Shown here piece by piece: positions 39,626 through 52,063 of a stretch of DNA of 64,000 nucleotides. The position numbers and the translations under genes are program-made. The notes below the pieces were generated by a model. That model was not told the DNA's origin, searched no databases, and worked only from the letters and a program-made list of their open reading frames with translations. How positions within the stretch are numbered: position 1 is the first letter of the stretch; every line of letters starts with the position of its first letter. Source of the stretch: Octopus vulgaris (lineage: Eukaryota); contig OX597833.1 of assembly GCA_951406725.2 (NCBI GenBank), positions 46,872,001-46,936,000 on the forward strand, read 5' to 3'.

Positions 39626-40342
39626 AATAGTAATAACTTTTAAAGAAATCTGGACATCTTTCTTACTGCTAACCATTCAACTTCAAATTACAATTGTTGG
39701 CAGTCAAGTCGACTGAGATGTACATATAGGGTTATCGTATAGAGTGGACGTTCAATACGATGTTTTGAACTCATTATCTTGTGGTTGGTATTCCATTACC
39801 TTAAATTTGAAGCCATTCAGACTTTTAAACATTATTTTACTGAGTTTAGTCATTCAATTGTTACCATGATGGGGGTCACTTTCAAAAATTTAATTGGTCA
39901 TACTGACCTCAGTATGTTTTGCAATCTGGCCATTTATTTTATAGATCTCTGTTTGATGAACTGCTAACATTGAGACACAGTGGGACACAATACTCAATTT
40001 AACAACAAATGTAAACACACACACACAAATATTAGGGGCAAAAATGACTGTGTGGTTGAGAAGTTTACTTCCCAACCACATGGTTCTATGTTCAGTCCCT
40101 CTGCATGGTACCTTGGGCAAGTGTTTTCTACTATAGCCCTAGGCCAGCCACAGACTTGTGACTGAATTTGATAAACAGAAACTGCAGCGTTGTTCATCAG
40201 AAAATTACCAAAAAATAAGTTTATAAAGAAGGGTTATTTGCTTCATACTCCTCATGTGCCAATTCTGCCCATAAGAAAGGAACAAATAATACAATGTGGC
40301 TGTAGGTCATAACATGAACTTCTGACAATATATAAATATATA

Positions 40343-40690
40343 TCATCATCATCATCATTTAACGTCCTCTTTCCATGCTAGCATGGGCTGGACGATTTTG
40401 ACTGACGCCTGGCAAACCAGATGGCTGCACCAGGCTCCAATCTTGATTTGGCAGAGTTTCAACAGCTGGATGCCCTTCCTAATGCCAACCACTCCAAGAG
40501 TGTAGTGGGTGCTTTTCACGGGGGCCAGTCAGGCGTTACTGGCAACGACCTCGCTCAAATCCTTTAACACATGCCCCCAGCACAGGTGCCAGTAAGGCGA
40601 CTTTCGTAACGATCACGCTCAAATGGTGCCCTTTTATGTGCCACTGGCACGGAAGCCAGTTAGCAGCTCTGTCAATGATCACGCTCGTAT
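40343..40690 (-). mobile_element. SINE family D
   Basis: (CAT)n tail plus family motif. Confidence 0.85.
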
Positions 40691-40707
40691 GATATATATA
40701 TATATAT

Positions 40708-41498
40708 CAGAGGCATATATTCCAGGTGTGCTAGGTGTGCCATCGAAAATGGCAAATTCATTATAAATATTAACCTTGCTCATTAATTTAATCATAAATC
40801 ATAATGGAAAACTTTTGTTATACCACTGCTTGAAATTTGGCGGTGGATGTCCTGAAATAACACTGCAAACCTTACAGTGCATTGTATCATAACATGGTAC
40901 CAGGTGTATCATAGGATAATGGCAAAAAATCAATGGCAAAGGGTGTGCAACAGCTTTGACAGCACGGTTGCACGTTCATTTTTGTGGCGAGAAGTTGTAT
41001 GTTTAAATTAATTTACAATTTCTAAACTACAACTAATTTTTTTGACAATAATTTTTTTCTTACAATATCATCATATCACTTTGATCTTAATTTGTTTTCA
41101 AAACTAATAAATACACTTTTAGAAGAATTTAAAAAAAAATTAAGTCAAGTCGAATTCTGGGGCTGCTAGCGCACCAAACACTACAAGTTTGGGCAATATC
41201 AGCAGTTTGGTCGTTAGTCACTGAAAATAGTTCGATGTGAAAGGTTTTAAGTTGATATTTTTCTCAGTGAATTTTGTGATTTTCTGTGTGTGTGTGCTTA
41301 AGCACTTTATTTAAAATCTAATTAGTGTTGATCTTAAATGCTTTTACAGTTGCAGAAATATGTGCTTTTAATTTAATTTTCAGCGATTATATACTGATTA
41401 GTAACAAAATTATATGATGAAGTTATCGAACATTTTACGTCATCTTATGAACATTTTGTGGTGGCACACCCAATGACATCAACCTCCATACGCCACTT
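40708..41498. mobile_element. Possible hAT-like non-autonomous element
   Basis: Ends CAGAGGCATAT / ATACGCCACTT with subterminal GGTGTGCCA / TGGCACACC; no clear TSD. Confidence 0.4.
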
Positions 41499-41659
41499 CA
41501 AGGTGGAGGTGGTGGGTTTTTTTTTAGAAAGAGCAGAGTGTGTTGTTCAATGTTATCACGGAGTTAAAAAGTTTTTTTACTATTTTGTTACATGGACCTC
41601 CAAAAATCTTATATGGATCCTCAGGGACCATATAGACACCAGTTGAGAACCACTGGTAT

Positions 41660-42084
41660 CAAGGCCAGATTAGGACCCATTGAGGTCCTAAGCACTTAAA
41701 AGATTTTGGTGCCCCCATAAAAGATTATGTAATTGAAAATACAAACAATAACAAACCATAAAATAAATTTTTATTTTTCAAAATGAAACAAAACAGTAAG
41801 AGGGAAAATAATGTTTATTTTTGTATACTTCCACTTTATTTATATTTGAAAAGTTTCCTCCTACTTTTTTGAATTGCAAAATCTTTGATCAGATCCTCAA
41901 AATTAATCTTAGGTAACACATCTGCATCTATACTTAATATAGATAAAGGCATCCCGAAAATTATTTTAGCAAGTTTAAAGTGATTTCTTTTGTGCTGTAA
42001 ACCATCTACCATTTCCGTAGGGCCCCTTCCTTCCCTTGATGCCCTAAGCAGTGCTTATTCTGCTCAATGGTTAATCTAGTGCTG
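41660..42084. mobile_element. hAT-type MITE
   Basis: Perfect 8-bp TSD ACTGGTAT at 41652-41659 and 42085-42092; imperfect TIR CAAGGCCAGATTA / TAATCTAGTGCTG. Confidence 0.8.
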
Positions 42085-42380
42085 ACTGGTATATATGAAA
42101 TGATAGTATATTAATAAAGGCTAGTAAATTATGAAATGTTGACTTCAAATTTTGGCATAAGGCCAGCAATTTCAGTGGAGGGGATAATTCACTTATATTT
42201 TATCAACCTCGGAAGGATGATAGGCAAAGTCGACCTCAGTGGAATCTGAACTCAGAACGTAAGGACAGATGAAATGCCACTAAGTATTTTGCCTGGCATG
42301 CTAACAATTCTACCAGCTCGCTGCTTTCAGTAAATTATAAAATATTTGTTAATGTTTATAAATGTTAGTATATTTTGAAA

Positions 42381-43108
42381 TCTATATTTATAAAGCTGAA
42401 GTTGTCTGTGTGTGTGTAGCAGGTTTGGTAGCCTTCAACTAACACTATCTCCTCCGAGAAACTGCGGCGCAAGTTGACCAAAATTGAGAGTATGATAGAA
42501 GAAGGCTTGCTCTTCATTCCGTAGGAGATAAAATTCAAATTGGACCATGTTAACACCAAAACTTATTTACATCAAAAAGGCGCCTTATTTTCTATGAAAA
42601 TCCCTACTTTTTACGATTTTTTGCCTGCTGTGTCACCATTTTTCAGTGTATCTCAACCAGAGAAATGTTCACTTAAAGAGAAAAACAAGCTACATAATGC
42701 AAAATTCTTACTTTTCAAAAATTCCAATTCTAAAGGGTTGAAAAGATTTTTTTTGTGATGCCATTGGTTTTGAGCAAACGACAGATATTCCTGTACTTTT
42801 TCTTAATGAATACTGTTGCAGTGTTAACTTCTTAATAGATTTTCAGTGCAGTTCGAAACTTGAGCTTCATTTTGCTTTAAATCTATGGGTAATTTTTTCT
42901 CCATAATGTTAATAGAAGGAATATTAACCAACAATCGCAGTCGGCATTACACAATTGTAACACATTCAGAGCCAACTCGAGCATTGCCACACTATACTTT
43001 TATTCATAGATTGAAACTATGTCAAAACTTTGTTAACGCGACATCAAAGTCTGCCGTTTTAAGCGCAACTAAAAAACAAACCCGAGCAACGCTGGGCTAT
43101 ACTGCTAG
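42381..43108 (+). mobile_element. Non-autonomous Helitron, complete
   Basis: A|TC 5' end (TCTATATTTATAAAG), subterminal hairpin CCCGAGCAACGCTGGG, CTAG|T 3' end, no TSD. Confidence 0.88.
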
Positions 43109-43777
43109 TGTTAGTATATTACGAAGTCTGAATATATTATGAAATGTTAGTATGATGAAACTTTTAACAGATTTAGAATAGTGAAAAAATATATTTGGTA
43201 AAGAGATTCTAAAACATAATTTCAAGTACTTGATGACGGAGGTAACGTTTGTCAGACAGAGCAAGGGTGTGTTGTCAAACTTTGTTACTGAGTTGTTAAA
43301 GAAAATAAAATCAAAAGGAGAAAAACTATTTAAAATTGCAGTACAATGTATGGAAGGCAGTATGTCCGTACAGACAAGATGAAGTAACAATGCACACATA
43401 TACACACACACACCTTGCAAACAAATTTTTGACACCGTTATAATTATACCCCCCAATATATATACATGAGTAATAAAACTGACAGAGGTGAAAAAAAGGT
43501 ACAGAAAAATTTATGAGACATACAGGTAGCCTAGCTATACTTGTGTATAAAGTATATTATTTATTATTCATTCTATACACAGTGATTCAGAAGTTTCTTT
43601 AGTATTTAAATAATATACAAAATTCCTTTTAATTCTTCTTTATTTTCTTAGTCTTGCTTTTATGCATTTTTAATACAATTTTTACTGTTTTGTTGTGAAT
43701 ACACACACATATACTTTATTTGTGCATTAACAATGGTTTCATATGGGAAAAAAAGCCCACAATTTCCATGCAGTCCA

Positions 43778-43826
<49 letters not shown>

Positions 43827-43828
43827 TA

Positions 43829-44106
43829 TTGTGTCTGGGGAGAGTCATTTTTTTTTTATTTGTGCTTTATAATCAAACTCGTGAGTAAAATTTCCACTTA
43901 TTTCTTATTTTTATTTTCCTAAAATTTTCGTTGCGCAACAAAAATTTTAGGAAAATAAACATAAGAAATAAGTGGAAATTTTACCGGTGAGTGTGTTAAA
44001 TTATATGGCAAAAAAAAAGAGAAAATGACTCTGCCCAGACACAACAGAATATGCTTCAACACACGAACTCACATAAAGAATCTTGCAAACCAAATCCCAA
44101 AACAAA

Positions 44107-44110
<4 letters not shown>
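43829..44110. mobile_element. Fold-back element (about 107-bp inverted arms) between TA tracts, Penelope-like geometry
   Basis: TTGTGTCTGGGGAGAGTCATTTT...GTTGC|GCAAC...AAAATGACTCTGCCCAGACACAA. Confidence 0.7.
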
Positions 44111-44161
<51 letters not shown>

Positions 44162-44234
44162 TAAATCATAAATCCAAAAAAGAAGCACACTCTAAGTTAT
44201 CGACCAGTAGAGTATATAGATAAAGATAGAAGTG

Positions 44235-44499
44235 GCCGGTTTATGGGCACATAAAAAGCACCATTTGAGCGTGGCCGTTGCCAGTACCGCTTGACTGGCC
44301 TTCGTGCCGGTGGCACATAAAACACCCACTACATTCTCGGAGTGGTTGGCGTTAGGAAGGGCATCAAGCTGTAGAAACTCTGCCAGATCAGACTGGAGCC
44401 TGGTGCAGCCATCTGGTCCGCCAGTCCTCAGTCAAATCGTCCAACCCATGCTAGCATGGAAAGAGGACGTTAAACGATGATGATGATGATGATGATGAT
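44235..44499 (+). mobile_element. SINE family D
   Basis: GGTTGGCGTTAGGAAGGGCATC...GTTAAAC(GAT)n. Confidence 0.88.
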
Positions 44500-45171
44500 T
44501 AGAAAAATGTCATTATCAAAAGACGAGAATATTCATTGTTCTAAAAATGGTACGATATAGCAACAATAATCCTGTTCAGTTTTTTTGGTAAATCTGGTCC
44601 AAATGCCTGGTAGTATGAATGGTAGAGCAATAGACTAGGTATCCTAGAATCCCTGAGCTGTGACAGTGAATGGTAAGTTGGGCTTGGAAGAAGGTATGAA
44701 TGTGATAGGGGAGGTGAGTGATGGTTGTGGCTAACAGCTAATTTAACCATGTAATAACGATTAGAAAGCTTTAGAATCGGTTAATCAGTTATGGTTAAGC
44801 CAGTAATTCTCAATCATTTCTAACACAGCATGTATTATTCAAATAGAAACTAGTTTTGTGTGTTGGTTTTATCTATATATATAAAACTGAGAATGTCTGT
44901 CCGGAATGTCAGGGGCCAAAACATTTTCAACTTCTTGCCTAATGCAAATCCAGAGCAATCTCTTAGACTGTTTTGGTATTGCGCATCAAAAGTGAAACAA
45001 TATCATCTCTATTGTAATGTGATATAATAGTTTTACTATTATATTATTTCATTTTCAATAGTTTCATTCCTATTAGTTTCACTATGTGTATATATATTCA
45101 TGTTTGTATATATGTATATATTTATGTCTTTGTATATGTATGTGGATATATGTATACATGTGTCTATATAA

Positions 45172-45204
<33 letters not shown>

Positions 45205-45349
45205 CACACACACACATATTTTGTGGTGTGAACCCCCTAAAATATTATGTGGACCCTTGAGGGCTATATGGATCCTGGTTGAGAACCACTGTTCTAGACA
45301 GAATAGAAATTTTGATATTTCATAATATCTAGTCCAGCTATTTCATAAT

Positions 45350-45757
45350 CTGAGCCATATAGTAGAATTGGTTCTACTATATGGCTCAGAAACCTGGACG
45401 TTATCAAAGAAGCTTGAGAGGTGGTTGGATGGAACCTACACTCGCCTCCTTATGAGAGCTCAAAATCTCTCGTGGAAGCGCCATCCAACCAAAATGCAAA
45501 TATATGGGAAACTACCACCTGTGTCATCTCTTGTGAAAGGTAGGAGAGTCCAGTTTGCTGGACATTGTTGTAGAGCTGAAAACGAGGCAATTTCTACTCT
45601 TCTCCTCTGGAAACCATCTACTCGCAATACCAGATGTAATCTCCAGGGATACAGGCATCCAGCAACAGGACCTCCGTAATGCTATGATGGACCGTGAAGT
45701 CTGGCATGGCATGGTAAATTCCATTGTCTCGACCACGGGCGAACAATGATGATGATG
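45350..45757 (+). mobile_element. RTE-type LINE 3' fragment with 5' fold-back
   Basis: LLYGSETWTL..LDGTYTRLL..NLSW..FAGHCCR..MMDREVW; (GAT)n tail; 10-bp TSD ATTTCATAAT at 45340-45349 and 45758-45767. Confidence 0.9.
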
Positions 45758-46488
45758 ATTTCATAATTTCTGAAAGTTTAACTTTTTATCATTCAAACAG
45801 CCATATCAAGCATAAATATCCTGCGTTTTATATTCAAACCAGCCAGATACAACCTATCACAAAATATTTCCAGAGCTTTCTTCATAATGTTATCATTAAA
45901 TACTTTTTCACTCATCAACACTAATAATACTTATTGTTGATTACTTGATCACACTAAAAAATATCAGGTTACCTACCTATGTAGAATATGGTACGCCTAT
46001 AATTAATTAATAGTTGCATAGCACTAACATTATTGATAACATAAATTTATTGCAAATATACAAATGAGAAATTCGTTTCACTTAATTGTATTTCTATTGA
46101 TGCTGTCCTATCTTATATGGAACTAATCAATAAATTAGATCTGTGATTAATTCTTAGTTAAATACTTAATGTTATTGATGGCATAGTTTTGGTATTCAGG
46201 CCGATCACGACAAAGCATGATTGAATTAAATATATAGTAACAGATGTGCCTTCATATGTATGACTTGAAACACTCAGGCTTTATCAAATAAGTATTTTTG
46301 TTTTGTGGGTTCTTTTTTCTTTTTTTTTTTGCTTCTTTGTGGAATTATTACTAACCCTAGGTGAACAATAAAGTGTGTGTGTAAGCATGTGTGAGCTTGT
46401 ATGTATGTATGTACATGGCCACAATCTAATGACTGAAACGAGTAAATAGATATACATGTATACACGAATATATATGTGTATATAACTA

Positions 46489-46535
<47 letters not shown>

Positions 46536-46544
46536 ATGTGTATA

Positions 46545-46732
46545 GGGAGAGTTTATGAAAAAAACAAAAGAAGAAGACAGGTGGTGTAGAAAACAAACAG
46601 ATATACTAGTATAATACTCAGGAATTGAAAAAGTCTTTTACATTTCAAACCTATGCTCTTCCACAGAAAGGAACACAGAAAGAAACAAGGAGAGAAAAAA
46701 ATGTGTGTAGAGGCTACCGATCTATCATGGCG
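46545..46732 (-). mobile_element. Penelope-like short repeat family b, diverged; hammerhead-like fold at 46634-46671
   Basis: Minus strand CCTTT-CTGTGGA-A-GAGC atag GTTT-GAAA-TGTA-AAAGA; abuts a TA/TG tract. Confidence 0.65.
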
Positions 46733-46738
46733 AATACA

Positions 46739-47390
46739 CAGGGGTTTTGACAAAATGATGGAAACACCTAGCATCATAGCATCATAATTTTGAAACATCT
46801 ATAAAACCATTAAAAGCTTGTTTATTTTTATGTTTTTTGATTTATTATTAGTGTTGCTTAATATGTTTTGCAAAAATTGCTGTTTCTTTTCAGATATCAT
46901 CAGAAAAAGGTAAATTTAAATTCATTAAAATGACACATCTATCAGACTTTCAAAGAGGTCAAATTGTTGGTGCTCGTATGGCAGGCACTAGTGTAAAGAA
47001 AAACAGCTGAAATGTTTGGTGTATCAAGAAGTACTGTCTCGAAAGTAATGACAGCCTTTGAGAAAGAGAGAAAAACAAAACTCTGGAAGAAAACCAAAAC
47101 TTTCAGATAGGGACTGTTGAACTCTTACAGGAATTGTCAGAAAGGATCACAAAAGTACAGCTCCCAAATTTACTGAAGAGCTTAATGGCCAGCTCAAGAA
47201 CCTAGTTTCCACGAAAACTGTTCACCAGGAGCTGCACAAAGCCAGATTTCACAGGAGGGTTGCAATTAGAAAACCGCAATTTTCAAAAACAAATGTTGCA
47301 AAGCATTTAGAGTGGAGTAAAAACCTACAGAATTGGTCTCTAGAACAATGGAAGAATGTTATTTTCTTGGACATCCTTTACCTTATTTCT
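46739..47390 (+). mobile_element. Tc1-like transposon 5' remnant (left TIR plus frameshifted transposase from 46930)
   Basis: CAGGGGTTTTGACAAAATGATGGAAACACCT end; MTHLSDFQRGQIVGARMAG..GVSRSTVSKV..SGRKPKLS..VAIRKP..EQWKNVIF. Confidence 0.88.
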
Positions 47391-47537
47391 GAGCATAATG
47401 ATATCGTGGGGCAGTTAATGATGGAGGTATGTTGGATTGTTAGTAAGGCTGGTTTTGTATATGTGAAATAGTATTATAACACATCCTTTTGATACATATA
47501 TATATATACACACACATACATTTCATATATGTGTATA

Positions 47538-47802
47538 TCATCATCATTGTTTAATGTCCGTTTTCCATGCTAGCATGGGTTGGACGGTTTGACTGGGGTC
47601 TGGGAAGCCAGGAGGCTGCACCAGGCTCCAGTCTGATCTGGCAGTGTTTCTACAGCTGAATGCCCTTCCTAATGCCAACCACTCCGTGAGTGTAGTGGGT
47701 GCTTTTACATGCCACCGGCACAGGGCCAGAGGAGAATGGCAAACAACCACAATCAGTTGGTGCTTTTACATGTCACTGACACAGACGCCAGTCAGGCGGC
47801 GC
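47538..47802 (-). mobile_element. SINE family D
   Basis: Family motif and tail. Confidence 0.85.
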
Positions 47803-47896
47803 TATATATATATATATACACACACATACATTTCATATATATGTTTTGTTTCAAATTTGTGTGAATGTGTATAGAATAATATATCAGTTGAATAAT

Positions 47897-48562
47897 AAAG
47901 TTAAAACATGGTCTGGTTTTCATGCTTTTTTTTATGGTATTTTAACATTAAAAAAAAATATTTTGGAATGCTCATAAAGTTAAATTAGCACTTTCATACA
48001 TAGGGTAATCATCAGATTTCAAATGTGTTTAACTGACAGTCGAGTTCTTGACAAATTTAGTGCCTCTTAAAATGCGCCAACAATCTGAATTTTTAGAATA
48101 CCATTTTAACCAATCAGCATGCATCTCAAACATCACGGTTTGCAAGGCGTACCGATATTCCGTAACTTGTTTATGCTAGAGATATAAAGAGGAAAGATAA
48201 AAGAAAAACTGTTTATTAAAATGTTTTGAACGGATATAACAGCAATAATATAACAACCAGTTAATGATGAGGATAAAAAAATATCTCTAGCATATAAATA
48301 TAAACAAGTTACAGAATATCGGTACACCTGGAAAACCGCGGTTCTTAAGATGCATGCGGATTGGTCAAAAAGGTATTCTAAAAATTCAGTTTGTTGGAGC
48401 GTTCTAAGAGGTACTGAAGTTTATCAGGAACTCAACTGTCAGTTAAACACATCTGAAATCTGATAATTACGCCATGTATGAAAGTGCTAATTTAACTTTA
48501 TGAGCATTTATGTTAAAATACCATAATAAAAAACGTGAAAACCAGAACATGGTTTTAACTTT
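47897..48562. mobile_element. Long-TIR foldback MITE (arms about 47897-48185 and 48281-48562)
   Basis: Imperfect ~285-bp inverted arms, e.g. ATGCTCATAAAGTTAAATTAGCACTTTCATACAT matched perfectly on the opposite strand; ~95-bp spacer. Confidence 0.85.
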
Positions 48563-48765
48563 CTTTTACTCTTTTATTCGTTTCAGTCATTTGACTGTGG
48601 CCATGCTGGAGCACCGCCTTTAGTCGAGCAAATCGACCCCAGGACTTATTCTTTGTAAGCCTAGTACTTATTCTATCTCTTTTGCCAAACCGCTAAGTTA
48701 CAGGGACATAAACACACCAGCATCGGTTGTCAAGCGATGATGGGGAGACAAACACAGACACACAT

Positions 48766-48816
<51 letters not shown>

Positions 48817-49090
48817 ATCCAAACAAGAAAACACAGAAAAAAAGAGAGGAAAAAAACCACAGCAACGCAGGACGTGGAACAATTAAAGTATTATTGACGC
48901 TCAGGAAAGAAGGGAAGGAGGGTTTAACGTTTCGAGCGGAGCTCTTCGTCAGAAACAAGGAGAAGGAAAGATCCCAAGAAGGGAAGACAGAGGAAAAAAT
49001 ATTTGAGCTGGTGGTGCTCAAGAGATCACATATGATCATATATGTATATATGTGTATATATATATGATCATATGATCATATATGTATATA

Positions 49091-49140
<50 letters not shown>

Positions 49141-49295
49141 AATACGACGGGCTTCTTTCAGTTTCCATCTACCAAATCCACTCACAAAGCTTTGGTCGGC
49201 CCGAGGCTATAGTAGAAGACACTTGCCCAAAGTGCCATGCAGTGGGACTGAACCCAGAACCATGAGGTTCGTAAGCAAGCTACTTACTACAACAG
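48563..49295 (-). mobile_element. SINE family A carrying a Penelope-like insert in its (TA)n tract
   Basis: Tail half 48563-48775, insert 48813-49030, head half 49143-49295. Confidence 0.9.
48922..48956 (-). ncRNA. Minimal type-I hammerhead ribozyme with canonical core
   Basis: GUUU-CUGACGA-A-GAGC ucc GCUC-GAAA-CGUU-AAAC: stem I GUUU/AAAC, stem II GAGC/GCUC, palindromic AACGUU stem III, GUU cleavage triplet. Confidence 0.8.
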
Positions 49296-49519
49296 CAGAG
49301 TTCAAAGTTAATTTTTGCCAAGTAGCTTCACTCTGTGTGCTTTAGCTTCATTACTATGCCAACAATTCAAATACTTATTGATCAGATCTCATATATATCA
49401 CCATCGTTTAATGTCCATTTTCTAGCTGACAGGGGTTGGACAGTTTGACTAAGGTCTGGAAAGCCAGCGGCTGCACCAGGCTCTAATATGCATGCATGCA
49501 TGCACCCATCCATCCATCT

Positions 49520-49858
49520 AACTTTGGGCAGGTGTCTTCTACTATAGCCTCGGGCTGACCAAAGCCTTGTGAGTGGATTTGGTAGAGAGAAACTGAAAGA
49601 AGCCTGTCGTATATATATACATATATATATATATATAAGTATGTATGTATGTATGTACGTATGTATGTATGTCCCCCCAACATCACCTGACAACCGATTG
49701 TGGTGTGTTTACCTCCTCGTAACTTAGCGGTTCGGCAAAAGAAACCGATAGAATAAGTACTAGGCTTACAAAAAATAAGTCCTGGGGTCGATTTGCTCGA
49801 CTAAAGGCGATGCTCCAGCATGGCTAACAGTCAAATGACTGAAACAAGTAAAAGAGTA
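49520..49858 (+). mobile_element. SINE family A, 5'-truncated
   Basis: Matches consensus. Confidence 0.88.
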
Positions 49859-49977
49859 CATAATAAGTTAGGTAACCACTCGTCTAGAATAGAATGACTC
49901 TGAGACCATATTGTACACTAGATAATTATTAAGACGAGGAAGAAGAAGAACAAGAACAAAACTATCATGTGCCAATG

Positions 49978-50990
49978 ATTATCATCATCATCATCATCGT
50001 TTAACGTCCGTTTTCCGCGCTAGCACAGGTTGGACGGTTAGACCGGGGTCTGGGAAGCCAGGGGCTGCTCCAGGCTCCAGTCTGATCTGGCAGAGTTTCT
50101 ACGGCTGGATGCCCTTCCTAACGCCAACCACTCCGCGAGTGTAGTGGGTGCTTTTTACATGCCACCTGCACAGGTGCTGGGGGGGGGGGGTCCGGCATCG
50201 GCCACGATCGGTTGGAGCTTTTAACGTGCCACCGGCACGGAAGCCAGCCAAGGCGGCGCTGGCAACGTTCGGATGGTGCTTTTTATGTGCCACCAGCACA
50301 GAAGGCAGTCGGAGCGGTGATGGCATCGGCCACATTCGGATGGTGCTTTTTATGTGCCACCGGCACAGAAGCCAGTGGGAGCGGTGCTGGCATCGGCCAC
50401 ATTCGGATGGTGCTTTTTATGTGCCACCAGCACAGAAGCCAGTCGGAGTGGTGCCGGCATCGGCCACATTCGGATGGTGCTTTTTATGTGCCACCAGCAC
50501 AGAAGCCAGTCGGGGCGGTGCCGGCATCGGCAACGTTCGGATAGTGCTTTTTATGTGTCACTGGCACAGAAGCCAGTCGGGACGGTGCAGGCATCGGCCA
50601 CATTCGGATAGTGCTTTTTATGTGCCACCGGCACAGAAACCAGTCGGGGCGGTGCTGGCATCGGCCACATTCGGATAGTGCTTTTTATGTGTCACCGGCA
50701 CAGAAGCCAGTCGGGGCGGTGCTGGCATCGACCACATTCGGATAGTGCTTTTTATGTGCCACCGGCACAGAAGCCAGTCGGGGCGGTGCTGGCATCGGCC
50801 ACATTCGGATAGTGCTTTTTATGTGCCACCAGCACAGAAGCCAGTCGGGGCGGCGCTGGCATCGGCCACATTCGGATAGTACTTTTTATGTGCCACCGGC
50901 ACAGAAGCCAGTCGGGGCGGCGCTGGCATCGGCCACGTTCGGATAGTGCTTTTTATGTGCCACCGGCATCACAACTACTATTTCCATTGT
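49978..50990 (-). mobile_element. SINE family D with its internal 67-bp unit amplified to about 12 tandem copies
   Basis: GTGCTTTTTATGTG starts at 50276, 50343, 50410, 50477, 50544, 50611... (67-bp period). Confidence 0.92.
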
Positions 50991-51358
50991 GTTCTTGAAA
51001 ATTCGAATTTTATGGAAAATGGTAAAAGTTTATAATTTACAAATTGATTTTATCATCAGCTAAGCAGTTTTCAATGAATAACAACAACACTCAGCTTTAT
51101 AATTATATTTTTAAAGATATATTTATGTTAATCTACTTTAGTAATCATATGGCTTGTTTATAGTTTGATGTCGTTTTTTTTTCTTTTTAATATACCAGTT
51201 TAATCATAATCATAAACCTTAACTTGGACTTGTATACAAACAAGAAATTGAATTATTGATTGCCTATGCACTATTAATATAAAACAAAATAACAATGGTT
51301 GTTGGCGAACATAATCACTGACAAGTCATACATATTTATTTATATATATATATATATC

Positions 51359-51700
51359 TCATCATCATCATCATCATCATCGTTTAACGTCCGCTCTCCA
51401 TGCTAGCAGGGGTTGGACGGTCCGACCGGGGAACTGGGAAGCCAGAAGGCTGCACCAGGCTCCAGTCTGATCTGGCAGTGTTTCTACAGTTGGATGCCCT
51501 TCCTAACGCCAATATATATATATATATATGTGGAGGCGCAATGGTCTAGTGATTAGGGCAGCGGACTCACGGTCGCAGGATCGCGGTTTCGATTCCCAGA
51601 CCGGGCATTGTGAGTGTTTATTGAGCGAAAACACCTAAAAGCTCCACGAGGCTCCGGCAGAGGGTGGTCTTCCCTGCTGTACTCTTTCACCACTCTTTCT
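51359..51700. mobile_element. SINE D 3' fragment (minus, 51359-51512) next to a truncated SINE C (plus, 51530-51700)
   Basis: Family motifs. Confidence 0.85.
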
Positions 51701-51757
51701 TCTTATATATATCATTATCAAACACACATCATGTGTATATGTATACCTATATATATA

Positions 51758-52010
51758 GGTGGATTTGGTGGACGGAAACTGAAAGAAGACCGTTGTGTGT
51801 GTATATATATGTGTGTGTCTGTGTTTGTCCCCCCAACATCGCTTGACAACCAATACTGGTGTCTTTTTGCGTCCCCGTAACCTAGAGGTTTGGCAAAAAA
51901 GAACTGATAGAATAAGTACTTGGCTTACAAAGTCCTGGGGTCAATTTGCTCAACTAAAGGCAGTGCTCCAGCATGGCCGCAGTCAAATGACTGAAACAAG
52001 TAAAATATAT

Positions 52011-52063
<53 letters not shown>

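Noticed and set aside
44872-45080. TCTATATATATAAAACTGAG Helitron-like 5' end (similar at about 38440)
   Set aside because: No matching hairpin plus CTAG 3' end could be identified, so boundaries are unsupported.
50148-50968. Regular repeats resembling a CRISPR array, and overlapping repetitive ORFs
   Set aside because: The whole 67-bp unit repeats with no unique spacers, there are no cas genes, and it lies inside a eukaryotic SINE.
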